A stretch of DNA of 63,827 bases, the filler included, from Intoshia linei (taxonomy: Eukaryota; Animalia; Orthonectida), in assembly GCA_001642005.1 (NCBI GenBank). It is 4 parts of 4 records of this genome, joined end to end, with 100 filler letters (N's around TTAATTAATTAA, not from the genome) between each part and the next. Parts side by side here need not be neighbours in the genome. Positions count along the whole stretch, not along the records: positions 1 to 16,975 come from LWCA01000868.1; positions 17,076 to 41,674 come from LWCA01000528.1; 2 more parts are not named here. One strand, written 5' to 3'. Numbering within the stretch: position 1 is the stretch's first letter; every line of letters begins with the position of its first letter. A model generated the notes under the pieces. That model made no database searches. It was not told the origin of the DNA and saw only the letters and a program-made list of their open reading frames with translations. The position numbers and the translations under genes are program-made. Shown here one piece after another: positions 14,101-26,224 of this stretch.

Positions 14101-15545
14101 TTAATTTCGTTAATAATGGCAGTGTATTTAGTTGAAATAATTAGAGATTTGTCGTATAATTTTCTGGGCATTTGATAAATTGTCAATATGTTGTTATTTC
14201 CTTTGTAAAATTCTGAAAAATGAGCATATACGGATATTACAGATTCTGGGAGCGTTAGAGATGTGCAATTGTACATATTTTCATTGAGTTTCGAATAAGA
14301 CGAAACAAAATTGGCTAAAGCTGAATTGTGTGTGTCAACCTTTTCCTGGTATTTTTTCAATAAATTTAATTTCATTTCACTGTAAATTGAAGATATCGTA
14401 TGACTCTTAACAAGTACCATTGCTTTAAACAGGTCCTTACGTCCATAAGATGGATCTTCGGTATCAAACATTTTACCTACAATATATGATTCTCCTTTCA
14501 TATGTATTTCTTCAATTTTGGGAACACTTTCATGGTAAATTTTACTGTTTTCAGTTTTGGCGTCATTTAAATATCTAGTTACTCTATCCTTAAATGGCTC
14601 AAAGAAGTCTTTTAAATCAACCACTGTACTGAAATTCGACGGAAAATGAAATGGGCTGTCCAATGTAAATTTAGTTTTTTTAATTTCTCGTATACTATTA
14701 AGAGCCCCAAAATAACAAGTCTCACGTTTACCCCATTTACTTTGATTTTGGTATTCTAAACCTTTAAAAATGTAAGCAATAGCCATCGATACAGATGAAC
14801 ACATGTATAAATATTCCATTATGCCACCCGATGATTTTTTTTTTACATTTACTTCCAGTAAATTCATCGAAGCTTCACTGTACCAGATTGAAATTTGGTA
14901 AGCAATTTTTGATAATATCTCAGGTTTCCCTTTATCTATTGATTTATCTAAAATTGCAAATTGCGATTGAGCCATCATAATTTTAGTAATGGCGTTGAGA
15001 AACACGGTTGAAAATTCAAAAGATTTCAATTGAACAATGTTTAGTTCAGAACACTTAGAGTTGCTGTCAAAAATACTATAAAGCTTTTCAAAAATTCCAG
15101 CCGCTTCCTGCATTTTTGTGATGCAATCTTTTTGGTCATTGTCAGTTAAGCGTACCAAAGTACAAGCTTCATCGGCTTGAATAGAACCACAACAAAACAA
15201 TACACAGGCAATTTCATATTCCACCTCGTATGTTAAAACAGGAATAGAAATATCATCTTCCCATTTCCATTTATACTGTACCGCGTATTTGCTTTTATTG
15301 TTTAAAGGAAATCTGTTTGATACTGAAAGTAATTGACAGTAATATGCTTGATAGTTTTTCAATGACTTTCCCATCATTGTATTTTCTCGTAATTGCTCAA
15401 ATTCATAGCAAGACTGCGCAAAATTTTCGGCGGAAATTCCTACATCATTTTCACTTACAAATTTTAACATACTTGTGGTATAATCTACTTTGAAAGGAGA
15501 TTCTCTGTGTCTTATAGAAATAAATTTGTAGCCTTTCAAATCCAT
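8147..15545 (-). CDS. PTPN23: HD-PTP / PTPN23 (BRO1 + V domain + Pro/Gln/Tyr-rich region + PTP-like domain); 10 exons: 15545-13154, 11262-11169, 10600-10520, 10481-10321, 10223-10173, 10063-9669, 9632-9536, 9499-9300, 9267-8763, 8265-8147
   Basis: BRO1 motifs (YYCQLLSVSNRFP, YEIACVLF, ENSKIYHESVP, DLFKAMV) are present. A phase-consistent GT-AG exon chain leads to ISVARVHHSKNHNLLFLPYDYTRVV...DYINAYHVPDLSVYSP...DFFQM, resembling the PTPN23 phosphatase domain. The C-terminus LDGLDSSWLF* resembles the PTPN23 LDPLW tail. Confidence 0.9.
10665..11110. mobile_element. Non-autonomous hAT element in PTPN23 intron 2
   Basis: CAGTAGCG...CGCCACTG termini with a perfect 8-bp TSD gtaactat at 10657-10664 and 11111-11118. 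Confidence 0.85.
11700..12095 (+). pseudogene. Degenerate hAT transposase C-terminal (dimerisation) fragment in PTPN23 intron 1
   Basis: Translation ...SALINVISKRPVSEA*VERSSKLT resembles the hAT SxAxVERxFS motif. Stops and frameshifts are present. Confidence 0.55.
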
Positions 15546-16175
15546 GATGTCGACAATTAAACTTGATTACAACAAATATTTGTGTTTAACTTTATTTTTT
15601 TCAAAAAATTGTCCAATGCAATTTCATGAAAATTTGTGTTTATAAACTTTATAGGCCAGTCTGATATAATATTTCCAAGAGCAATAAATATGTTTTGTTG
15701 GATACAATATCCAATAATAACGGTGAATAAGGTTTTTATTGTAAAAATTTGAATTACAATAATGAGTTAATTTTAAATTTAACACTCAAAATAGTTGATA
15801 ATCAAAAAATAATTTTAAAATTAAGGCCACAATTTTACTAAAATTTCGTCGAGATTCACCCGAATTGATAACAACAATAATGCTATATTTTAATCAGAAG
15901 GTATTAATTTTGTTATATAGGAAATTTTTTCATTGTGTATTATACAATGTATAATTATGAAATGATCTTAATATGATTCATAAATATTATAATTTGATAA
16001 ATTTTTTTAAATGCAAAGTATCTATTAACCCTTTCAATTTAAATTTCCATGAATTATAATTAAAATACACATTATTTTCAACTGTTGAAACGAGGTTTGA
16101 TTAATTTATGGCAGTTTTCCACAAAAAACAACTGTACACATCAAAAACAAACATTTTAAAATGAAGAATTTAACT

Positions 16176-16630
16176 TTATATCTGGGAATTCTGCCCTCGA
16201 CGTGCCTGGGTAGATAAGTAATGTGCAGATTTTTGAATTTTTATTGAAAATGGAAAGAATACTTACAATATAATTTAATTAATCATTGTGTATATAAAAA
16301 TCGCTTACACTAGCGAATTTGTCAAAAATTTCTTGAGGAACATTTTTCATTTTTGTCAGTTTTCTGTAAAATTCATCACAATATTTAGTTCTTTTAGTCA
16401 ATTTGTTAATGTCTATGACTGTTTCTATCCGTCTAAAATATTAACAATTAAAATTTAAATGTAATAAAACGCTTATGGCTGTTCTCCATATATAATTCAC
16501 ACACATCTTGATCTAGATTCAGTTTTGACAATTCATCATCATATTGAATATATTCTGAATAAGTTAATTTGCAATGAGCTTTTGCTTGAAATTCTCTGTA
16601 TAAATTTATTTTTTCCTCGTGATCTCTAAA
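16176..16630 (-). CDS. 3' exons of an unidentified protein-coding gene; 5' part missing
   Basis: Exon-like open segments DHEEKINLYREFQAKAHC...ENSHK, TVIDINKLTKRTKYCDEFYRKL...FDKFAS (donor GTAAGC) and ARRGQNSQI* are separated by short AT-rich introns. There is no in-frame start, and exact junctions are uncertain. Confidence 0.4.
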
Positions 16631-16734
16631 GCTTTCATAAATATATGTACATTTAATATTATATACATTAGAGTGTCTCAATTTAACATTTATGTTTGAA
16701 ATTCAAAAAGTATTTTTGACGATATGTCCCATTT

Positions 16735-16975
16735 TGTGTGCGATGTAAGATGTCTTTTGTATTAACGTTTAATTCAAATAACAATCAATATCAATATAAC
16801 TATATATTCTCTATATTTATATCCACGAGAATACAACATTCTTCCCTTGGTAGTTGAGAATTAAAGGTTATTCCAAAATATAATCATTCCGAAATCGAAT
16901 AGGCAACTTGGCATTACGTTTTGGTCTTTCACTTGGTACTGTGGGTTCAACTGTATCTTCACCAATCATTTCAGT
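16735..16975 (-). mobile_element. 3' end of a Ty3/gypsy-like LTR retrotransposon (pol tail, PPT, short 3' LTR), cut by the gap
   Basis: The minus strand reads ...VEPTVPSERPKRNAKLPIRFRNDY, a typical integrase-tail motif. A polypurine tract AAGGGAAGAA follows, directly abutting TGTTGT at 16838. AATTAAA and candidate ...CA ends lie near 16735-16745. Confidence 0.6.
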
Positions 16976-17075
16976 NNNNNNNNNNNNNNNNNNNNNNNNN
17001 NNNNNNNNNNNNNNNNNNNTTAATTAATTAANNNNNNNNNNNNNNNNNNNNNNNNNNNNNNNNNNNNNNNNNNNN
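16976..17075. other. Artificial assembly spacer N44-TTAATTAATTAA-N44
   Basis: The same 100-nt structure occurs three times. The 12-mer gives stops in all six frames. Confidence 0.97.
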
Positions 17076-17410
17076 TGATAATAGTTAATAGTAGGATTTT
17101 TAAGTTAGATTTTCAACGTGAATTTATTTATTTGGTATAATAAAAGAGTGCCCTCGGCAGAGCTAGGTGTTGTTTGTACGTAGTACAAAACAGTCAAGCT
17201 AGTGCATTATAATTATAGTGTCATTACAAAATATATTTTCAACATTTTTAATAATTTTAATTAAAAATATAACATGTAACAACTTGTACATGTACTTGGG
17301 ACAGTAGAATGAGGGACCTCTGATATAACATTTACTAGTAAATTGAAAACACTACTCCAAACAGAAGGGGTTTAAGATGTCGATTTAAAAAATATAAATT
17401 TTAATTTTAG

Positions 17411-20400
17411 ATAACAAATTAACATACTCAATATACAACCAATTTGATCAAACATTTGAAGTTATTCCTCATTCTGGTGCAATTGTTGTTAGACGAAAGT
17501 TGGATTTCGAAGCAGAACAAAAGGTTTACAAATTAAGGTATCGAGTATTTGATGAAAAATTTTCAAATTTTACTGAAATTGAAATAAAAGTAACTGACGT
17601 AAACGACAATGCGCCAGTTTTTGACCAGGACGTTTATACGGTAGAAAATATTTTGGAAGAAGATGATTCAATTACCAAAAACTCGCCAAAATTTTTATTA
17701 CAAGTCAAAGCTACTGACCCGGACATTGAAAGAAATTCTGAAATTGTATACGCATTAACCGGACAATTTGCTGAAAGCGCATTTAATATTGATAAATATT
17801 CTGGAAATATTTATTTATTAAAACCTTTAGACCGAGACAAACCCTTTGGTAGGCCAATTTACAATGTTAATGTTTTAGCCTACGATGAACCAAATAGTTC
17901 ATTTTCTATGGTCGGATACTCTGAAATACGAATAATTTTAACTGACATTAATGATAATGAACCGCAATTTAATTTAAAAAGATTGGATGGTTATATAATG
18001 GAAAATAAAATTGGTCCAATTGATATAATTCGCGTTGAAGCTAAGGATGCTGATTTTGGTAATAATGCTCAAGTTAAGTATAAAATTAACGAAAATGTTG
18101 ATATGAGTTATTTGGACATGCCGTTAAATGAGATTAAAAATTTATTTAAAATTGACAAAGATAGCGGATGGATTAGTAGCAGATTTGGTACAAAATTTGA
18201 TCGAGAGAATATTGATAAATATACGTTTTCGGTTCGAGCTTATGATCAAGGATATACTCATTCGAATTATAATAATATTTGGGTCACAATACATGTAGAT
18301 GACGATAATGATAATGTACCCAAATTTGGTCAATCACTGTATGAGGTTGAAATGTATGAATTGTTTCCAATTGGTTCAAATATTATTACAATTAGTGCTT
18401 CAGATTCAGATATTGACGAAAATGCGCAATTGACGTATACTATATCAGAAGAAAATCGAAACTTTTTTATTATTGAATCTATCGCTGCAACAAATCAGGG
18501 AGTATTGAAAGTAGCTAAATCTGTTGATTACGAAAATTTATCGCAGAGGTTTTTTAATATTAGCGTACGCGTTCATGATAGCAATGAACAAAAATTTGAT
18601 ACCGCTCGAATTGAAGTGACTGTACTTGATTCTAATGATATGGCGCCACGTTTTGCAAGTGATTACATTACACGAAAAGTTAAAGAAAATATTCCAATTG
18701 GGACTGTTATTGCTCAGTTCTTTGCTGTTGATGGTGATACAGGTATTAATTCTGAATTTACCTATCAATTTGATCCAATATCACAAGAATCTAAATTATT
18801 TTCAATAGATTCTGTGAGTGGTAAATTAGAAAATATAAATTACCTGGACCGAGAAATTCAATCACATTTTATCATAAGTGTTTATGCCGTAGATCGAGGA
18901 ATTCCATCTTTGAACTCAACTGCTACTTTGGATTTGACTTTGGACGACGTTAATGACAGTTATCCAAGATTTTCAAAATCTTATAATCCAATTATAATGG
19001 AAAACACGGATCCATCAAATTTTAAATTTGTTGTTGAAGCTGTAGATGACGATTCAGTTATAAATGGTCCACCTTTTATTTTTTCATTACCCTGCTTTGG
19101 AAAATGTCCTTGTTCTCTTTTACCAACATTTTGTGGTTTATTCAATTTGAAATTTATACCCAATAATGGAGTTAATGATAACCAAGCCATAATAACTGTA
19201 AATTCTAAAGAACCATTTGACCGAGAAGAAGTTAAATTTTACAATTTATTAATAAACATTAGTGACAGTGGTTTACCTGTTCAATGGGGTTTTAATATTT
19301 TAAAAATTACGATTGGCGATGAAAATGACAATGAACATTCTTCTGGAACCAAGAATATAAAATTTTACAACTACAAGGGTAGCTTCAAGGATGTATTTAT
19401 TGGAACTGTTTATTCTAAAGACCCAGACGATTGGGACGCACCAGAAAAGCTCCATAAATTGATTAAGGTTTCACCGAGTGAAGTAAAAACTAAATTTAAA
19501 GTAACATCATTGGGATATATATTCACTTCGGGTATTTTGTCACCCAAAATATATACACTTGATGTTGAAGTAACTGATCCAACTTTTGGTTTGACTGTAA
19601 CCAGTAAAGTTGTTGTAGATGTATTAGACTTGAATGACGAATTTTTGATAAACTCTGGATCAATGCTAATTGAAAACACTGACGCTATTGAATTTATTCA
19701 AGAAGATAATGTATCTGAATCAAAACTAACGACATTTAAAAAATTCATGTCTAAAAAACTGAGTTTCCCTATAGATAGCATTTTAGTATTTTCAATAATG
19801 AATTACGACAGTAATCCCAAATTGTGTGAAAAATGTATACAAGTTTTTTACGCTGTCAAAAATTCACCCTGGCAAAAACCTGAACGTCTCGACTCTATTG
19901 TAAATCATTACAAATCTGAATTGGAAAGTTTAGACATTATCGTTCTAATGTCTCCAATTGATAATTGTCGAACTTTAAATTTTAACCCTTGCACTTTGAA
20001 TTCAGAAATTGTTACACCTTGTTACAAAGAATTGAGAATACACGAAACTGAACCTCAAAATGTCGTTAATGCAAACAAAACATCTTTTATCGGGTTAAAT
20101 GTTTATTACGAGTATCATTGCAAATCTAAAGTTCCAGAAAGATATGTCACTGGAAAATTTTGTCCAACTTTATATTGTTTAAATGGCGGTCGATGTGTAA
20201 AGGTTTTTGGAAAATACGAATGTGAATGTATTGGTGGTTTTTCTGGTCCTAGGTGTCAGCAAACTTTTATAAGTTTCTCTTTATCTAATCCCGAACAAAT
20301 AGATGCTTCTTTCACAGTTTTGGAACCCTTTAATATTGATAGTAAGCATATTGTCAATTTGGATTTTATGACTAAACGAGAAAATGGGATTTTACTTTTT

Positions 20401-23400
20401 AACAATGGAAATGTACAAAAATTGAATATCCACTTTCCTAAATTGCAAGAGTTGAATAGTTTACAAGTTAGAAAATATTATTATCAAAATTATCTTTCTC
20501 AAATGGAAAAGAAGCGGCAGAATAATTATTGTAGTTTGTTGCTTTATCTTAAAAATGGATTTGTCATTCTCAAATTATTTGATTCCAACAATGTTTTTTC
20601 GGTTGATATGAGTAGTAATGATTTAACCAAAAAGCTTAATGATGGTATTTGGCATTCTATTAAAATTATTTTTATGGAAAAGGTAATTTTCTATTCGTTT
20701 TAAATAATACATAAATAATCGAATGTTTTTTTATCTGTGTCCGATTTTATTACAACTATGTTAAAATTCTACATCATTATTATTAGATATAATTTTTATG
20801 ATGAGCTATTTTGTAAATAATTTCGTATTGCTAAACACATATTAGAAAGAATTGGGTAGAAAAGTAAAAATTTTGGCCCATAAAATTAAAAAATTCTTAC
20901 CGGTTTATACTGTACATATCTATTCCAGTTGTTCCCGATTGAAATAGTGTACGAATCCCTATTTCAAAATATTATTTTTTTGGACCCCAAAGGAAACATG
21001 TAATCTAAAACATTTATGAAAAAATTGAAGGTTTTTTCTCATAAGATTTGATAAAATCGTGTTTTTCAAAAGTCGATTTTTTCCTGAGGGTTTCATATCG
21101 GATTTTTTATTAAATTTTATTAATGATGGGATAAAAGTGGGATTTTTGAAATGATAATTTACCCGTCGTATAGGCTTTAGGACAAATTCCCAACATGTGG
21201 CAAATCTGTAATAAATATTAAAAATTCTTCTATAAAAATAAACAAAAGTTGATAAAAATTTTTTATGTTTAATTTAAATCTCACGGACCCGGAATGGAGT
21301 TTTTGAACCCAAGGGATCCAGGGGACCCAATCGGGAACCACTATATACTTTAAATTTAATTTAAATAATATGTTAAATTTCTAGTCTGTATCAGTAATAA
21401 TTGATGATTGTGAAAACTTGAAGGATTTATCGAGTCAGACTGTAGACGTGTCTTCGTGTATGAATTTTATTGATATTCCAAAATATAAAAGAATTTTCGC
21501 ATCTCCACATCCAGTTTATCTGGGTGGCATTTACTTGGATAACGATTCAAATGATTCAAATTTGAAAAGAATATTAAACTTTCTTAAAACAGAAAATGTT
21601 AATTCATATTCTGGCTGCATTAAAAATGTGTACCATAACGATTGGGTAATTTTTTTATATTTTAACGACTTAACGTTTCTCAACTCTGAATTTTAGATAA
21701 AAGATTTGCATGTTGGAAATCGAGGTTTCGGGAAAAACATTAAAGATGGTTGCCCCGATGCATTTTTATCTTGTGGGTTTAAACCAGGACTTTTGGGGTC
21801 GTTTACCAAGGTTGGTTACTGTGGTCAAAATGCATATTGCACTGGTAGTATGATAGACAAACATTGGTGTACTTGTAAATCTGGTTGGACTGGAGAAAAT
21901 TGTTCACAGGGTATGTTAACTTCAAATTATTTTAATTTAATTTTAGAAACAAATCAAGTCAACTTTTTGGACAATAGCGTTATTGAATGGCGCCACAATA
22001 TAGAAACTCCACTGTTAGGATTTTTTAATAATGCATTTGTGTCAAAATTACAATTATCATTTCGAACAAGACAAAATTCTGGGCTTTTATTTTCAGCAGA
22101 ATTTGCAGATCAATATTTGAGATTAGATGTAATTGATTAATTAATTCAATGTAAATCCTTATTTTTTAGATAATTAACGACAATATACGTATTCGGGCTC
22201 AATTATCCAATGGTCGGATTATAAGTGCAAATATGGATCATTATTTCATATCTGACGGGATGTGGCACAATATAATCGTAAAACGTATTGGCCATGTCAT
22301 TATTATTAATGCTGACGATGGTCAAATACATTATTCTGTGAATATGTATTCTCATAATAATATTTATTCGTCTGATACTCTTAAATTCAATACTCCATCT
22401 ACCAAATTTTTGGCTGGAGCTCAAATCGATGATATTATGATTTATAACGATTACAGAGACAGTAATGTCATATTCTTTTTTTTACATTTTATTTTATAGG
22501 TTGCATAAATGATGTACGATTTATGGATGTAAATTTTGAAATTCATTTAAAGCAAAGTGACGTAGTTGCTGAAAAAATTAAAACAGTTTTAATTAAAAAT
22601 GTGAAAATGGGATGTATTAGTAATGTTTGTAATTCCAGCCACCCTTCATATACAGAATGTATTGAACCTTTACAATGTTTTGATTTGTGGAGATTAAAGG
22701 ATTGTAGGTACATTTATATAATTTTTAACGCAGTTTTAAAAGCTACTTTGAATTTGGTATTGATTGAATAGATCCCAAATTTGTTATCAAGGTTTATTGA
22801 GGGAGTTTCAATTCAATTTCTTCAATCAATAATCTTGGGTTATTGGCGACAAATTTTTAAGGGTTTTCCGGATAATTTTTAACGACGTTTCAAAGAGATT
22901 TAAAGGATTAAAGGAGAGAATACTGTCTCTTGAAAGTCTCTCGATAATTCATTAATAATTTTGAATCTTTTCAACCAACACATTTATTGTACTATTATAG
23001 ATATATTATACTTTATAGATGCGGTGAAGGTTTTGAATTAAATTCCAGTCCTAATAAAAAATTAACGTGTTTAAACGTTAATGAATGTTTAACATTTTCG
23101 CCTTGTCATTATGGAACATGTATTGATACAGTACCAGGATTCAGTTGTACATGTGAAGATGATTATACTGGAGAATTGTGCAATGCTCAAGCAATTAGAA
23201 TGTTGGAAATTAGTGGTGTTTCAATATCCATTATTGTCATTGTTGTTCTTATTTTATTGAGTAATTTTTTTTAAATGTTTTTTATTTTTGAAATAATTTT
23301 TTTTTTAATTTTAATTGTATTTTAAATATAGTTGTTGCAATAAGTCTACTTTTAATCACACAGAGACGAAGGTATCGTAAAAAATTGGTAAATGAAAAGG

Positions 23401-25990
23401 AAGAAAATTATAATTGTCAAAAATTTGTTGATTATGATGTGGAAGCAGCAGGTTATTTATTGTTGTTTAATAATTGTTAGGAAAATAAGATATTGTATTT
23501 GAAATTCAGTGTTTTATAAAAGATTTTATATTGATCTTTGAATCTATAATCATTTAACACAACATAATCGCTTTTTTAGGGTGTTAATAAAATGACTCAA
23601 ATGTATAGATTAGACTAGTGGTTCTCAACCTTTTTGTAGAATCGCCCTCCTAAACGAAAAATTCACACATATTTTTTTAACACCACTCTATTATAATGAA
23701 TTATAATTCAATGTAAAAAAACACCTATTTTTAAATCTATAAAATTTTCTATATTGAGTGTTTCTCAATTTTAGGAAATGGATTTTAATATTTTAATCAA
23801 ATGATAAAAAGAAAAATTTTAGATTTCTATTAATAAGCTTTCATCATAATGTATATCATTTTAATCTTAAAAAAAAAATCGCCTTCAAGGGGCCGATTTT
23901 TCTGCTGTTGAGATCCACGGGTATTTCACATTCCTAAAAATTAAGTATTTTTAAGATTTCACGCCTGTAAATTATCATTAGACCCAATCGACAAATTATT
24001 CGTTATTTTTTAAAATATCCAACACGAAAGTTTTTCTGATATATATAGTCAAAATAAATATTGTTATGAAGAATGTTGTATATTTATAATAGTTTAATTG
24101 TTTTAATTTTTATCCAAATGATTTATTTTAAGTCAATTTTGACATATTTATTGTCAATTGAGTTAGATAATTTGTACTTATCCCAAATTTACCCAAATAT
24201 CTTTATAATCAGGATTTCAAAATAATAATGTTGAGTAGGTTTATCATTGTTTGGCAACTGGGTAACAAGTATCGAAGGCTACTCAGAATCTGGGATCACC
24301 GACTTGCTGAGAAGTTCCCAATAATTCATAAAAATATCTTTAAAATTTAAACTAGTCTCTTGAGATGACATACACTTTGAGAAAGACTGTAGTATAATAA
24401 CCACTTCAATCCGTAAGGTTTATGAGTCTAAGTTAAGAACTACTGTCATAAATAGATATATTATACAATAATAATATACATGATTACAATAAATAACAGT
24501 AATATATATTATGTTTGTAACAATCGTAACTTATATAAATGCTACCCTATTTTTGTTTGTGTGTGTGTGTTCAGCTTTATTTAAATAACTACCCGTCTTA
24601 GCATTTTATAAAGTTCACATTTCAATTACAGTTTTTTCCGGAGTGTTCGCAAACATAATTCCAACCTTCTAAACTCACACCTTACGGGTCAAAAACCCCA
24701 ATTGTCCTTTTTTTGAAAATCAAACTAGTACATTATATTTTAATGGATTTTAAATCTGTTGTACATTTTTTTAATGCATAAAATTATTAAAGTATACATG
24801 TAAAAAATTTTAAAAATTGAAATTTTATGAAATATTTCAAATTTAAACTACCGATATATTGAAAAAAGTTACATTTTAAAAAATATGAATTCGGGGACAG
24901 TTTTTAAATAAATTTTATTTTCCTAGAATTTAGTTTACATAACAATACGATACAATTACGTTTTTTCTCATAAATTTTGGTAAAATCGTTTTTCAAAAAA
25001 AGATTATTCCTTAACCCTTTCACTGTCTGTGTATTCTATATTACACACAGCAATTTCACTTCACACGTCTGTGTATTCTGATATACACAGAATAATTTTG
25101 AAAAACTTTATTCTTATATTTTCACATAGGTAATTTAAAAATAATACAAGTTTAAATTAAAACATAAATTCCAGACGTGTTTGTGTGATAGTTCATAAAA
25201 TTGCATAAGACAGTGAAAAGGTTAAGGGTTAGTAAAATTTGATTTTTTATATTATGGTTGGATTAAGTGAATTTTTCAAAAAAATATCGGTAAAATCGAT
25301 TTTTACTTGGGTGTTTGAAATGGTATTTTTTATTAAAGCTTATGATATGAGTGTGAGACTTGTAGGACTATAATTTTTTTAATGGTGGAATAAAAGTGGG
25401 GTTTTTGAAATAATAATGTAGTGATCGTATAGGCTTTGGCATAAATTCCAAATATCTGGCAATTCTGTAATAAATTCTATAAAAATAAAGAAAATTTGAT
25501 AAAAATTTTTTCATGTTTTATTTGAGTCTTACCGCAAACATAGTTTTGGACCCTAGGGATTCCAGAGACAATCGGGAACCACTGCTTTATTTGCACAAAT
25601 AAAAATTAAATCTAGATGAAGAAGATACAAATAACTTTGACTTATCTAAACTGAGAAAACCAATAAACACAATATCAAATATAGTAGATGGACAAGGAAA
25701 TAGTAAATTTTGACTAAACTAAAAATTTAAAAATAAATAAATTAGAAATTTCACCAAGTGAAATAGAAAAAAGACTACAAAACGATAAGCCAACCCCTTC
25801 AGAAGACTCTCTATTAACCTTTCACCACTCAACCGAATGTCATGATTCAGATGACAATTTATCATACATTAGCGAATTATCTTTCCAAAAAATCAACGTA
25901 AGTGGTGTCATTGAAAATTTAAAGAATTTTGGTCCAAAATTTGCCAACATTGCAAAACTATATCATCATTCAGACCAAGAAAATGTATAG
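17411..25990 (+). CDS. Non-chordate classical cadherin (type III / DN-cadherin-like), 5'-partial; exons 17411-20682, 21385-21645, 21697-21910, 21947-22128, 22170-22461, 22500-22707, 23019-23260, 23332-23451, 25616-25702, 25746-25990
   Basis: About 7 cadherin repeats (LDFE/LDRD/FDRE/VDYE/LDRE, DxNDNxP, DPDDWD) are followed by an NC domain, EGF, LamG, EGF, LamG, EGF-EGF and a TM segment. The cytoplasmic domain reads YDVEAADEEDTNNFDLSKL...DSLLTF...FGPKFANIAKLY. The gene begins mid-repeat at a splice acceptor. Confidence 0.92.
20926..21343. mobile_element. hAT-like MITE in a cadherin intron; related copy ends at about 25584
   Basis: TIRs CAGTTGTTCCCGATTG / CAATCGGGAACCACT. The interior is similar to 24950-25584. 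Confidence 0.7.
24524..24728 (+). mobile_element. Helitron-like non-autonomous repeat, 5' end with (TG)n
   Basis: A|TC start, TATATAAA and a (TG)n tract, ending in ...CTAG|T. Homologous to 57506-57710 (+) and 54930-55132 (-). Confidence 0.55.
25015..25221. mobile_element. piggyBac-type MITE nested in another repeat
   Basis: TTAA|CCCTTTCACTGTCT ... AGACAGTGAAAAGG|TTAA. Confidence 0.85.
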
Positions 25991-26224
25991 TGTATCGAAT
26001 TGTATTTAAATAAATGTACATTTTAAATCTAATAGACTTGCATTTTTAAACTTCATTGACCCAATTTTTTAAAATTTTGCAATGTAAATAAAAATTATAA
26101 ATTTGCAGCATGTATTGATTGACAAACAAATTAAACTGCATACATATTGCACATCTAGTCATAGTACTACGTTATTTGGATCAAGTTTTATTATTTTTAA
26201 TTAATTAACAGGCAACCACCGAAA

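Noticed and set aside
17020-17031. TTAATTAATTAA palindrome, also at 41719 and 60543, as a biological motif
   Set aside because: It is always centred in identical N runs, so it is an assembly linker.
18142-19679. Antisense and alternate-frame ORFs within the cadherin exon (likewise 2887-3111, 14795-14980, 34254-34451, 53125-53343, 54018-54227)
   Set aside because: These are shadow ORFs of real coding exons.
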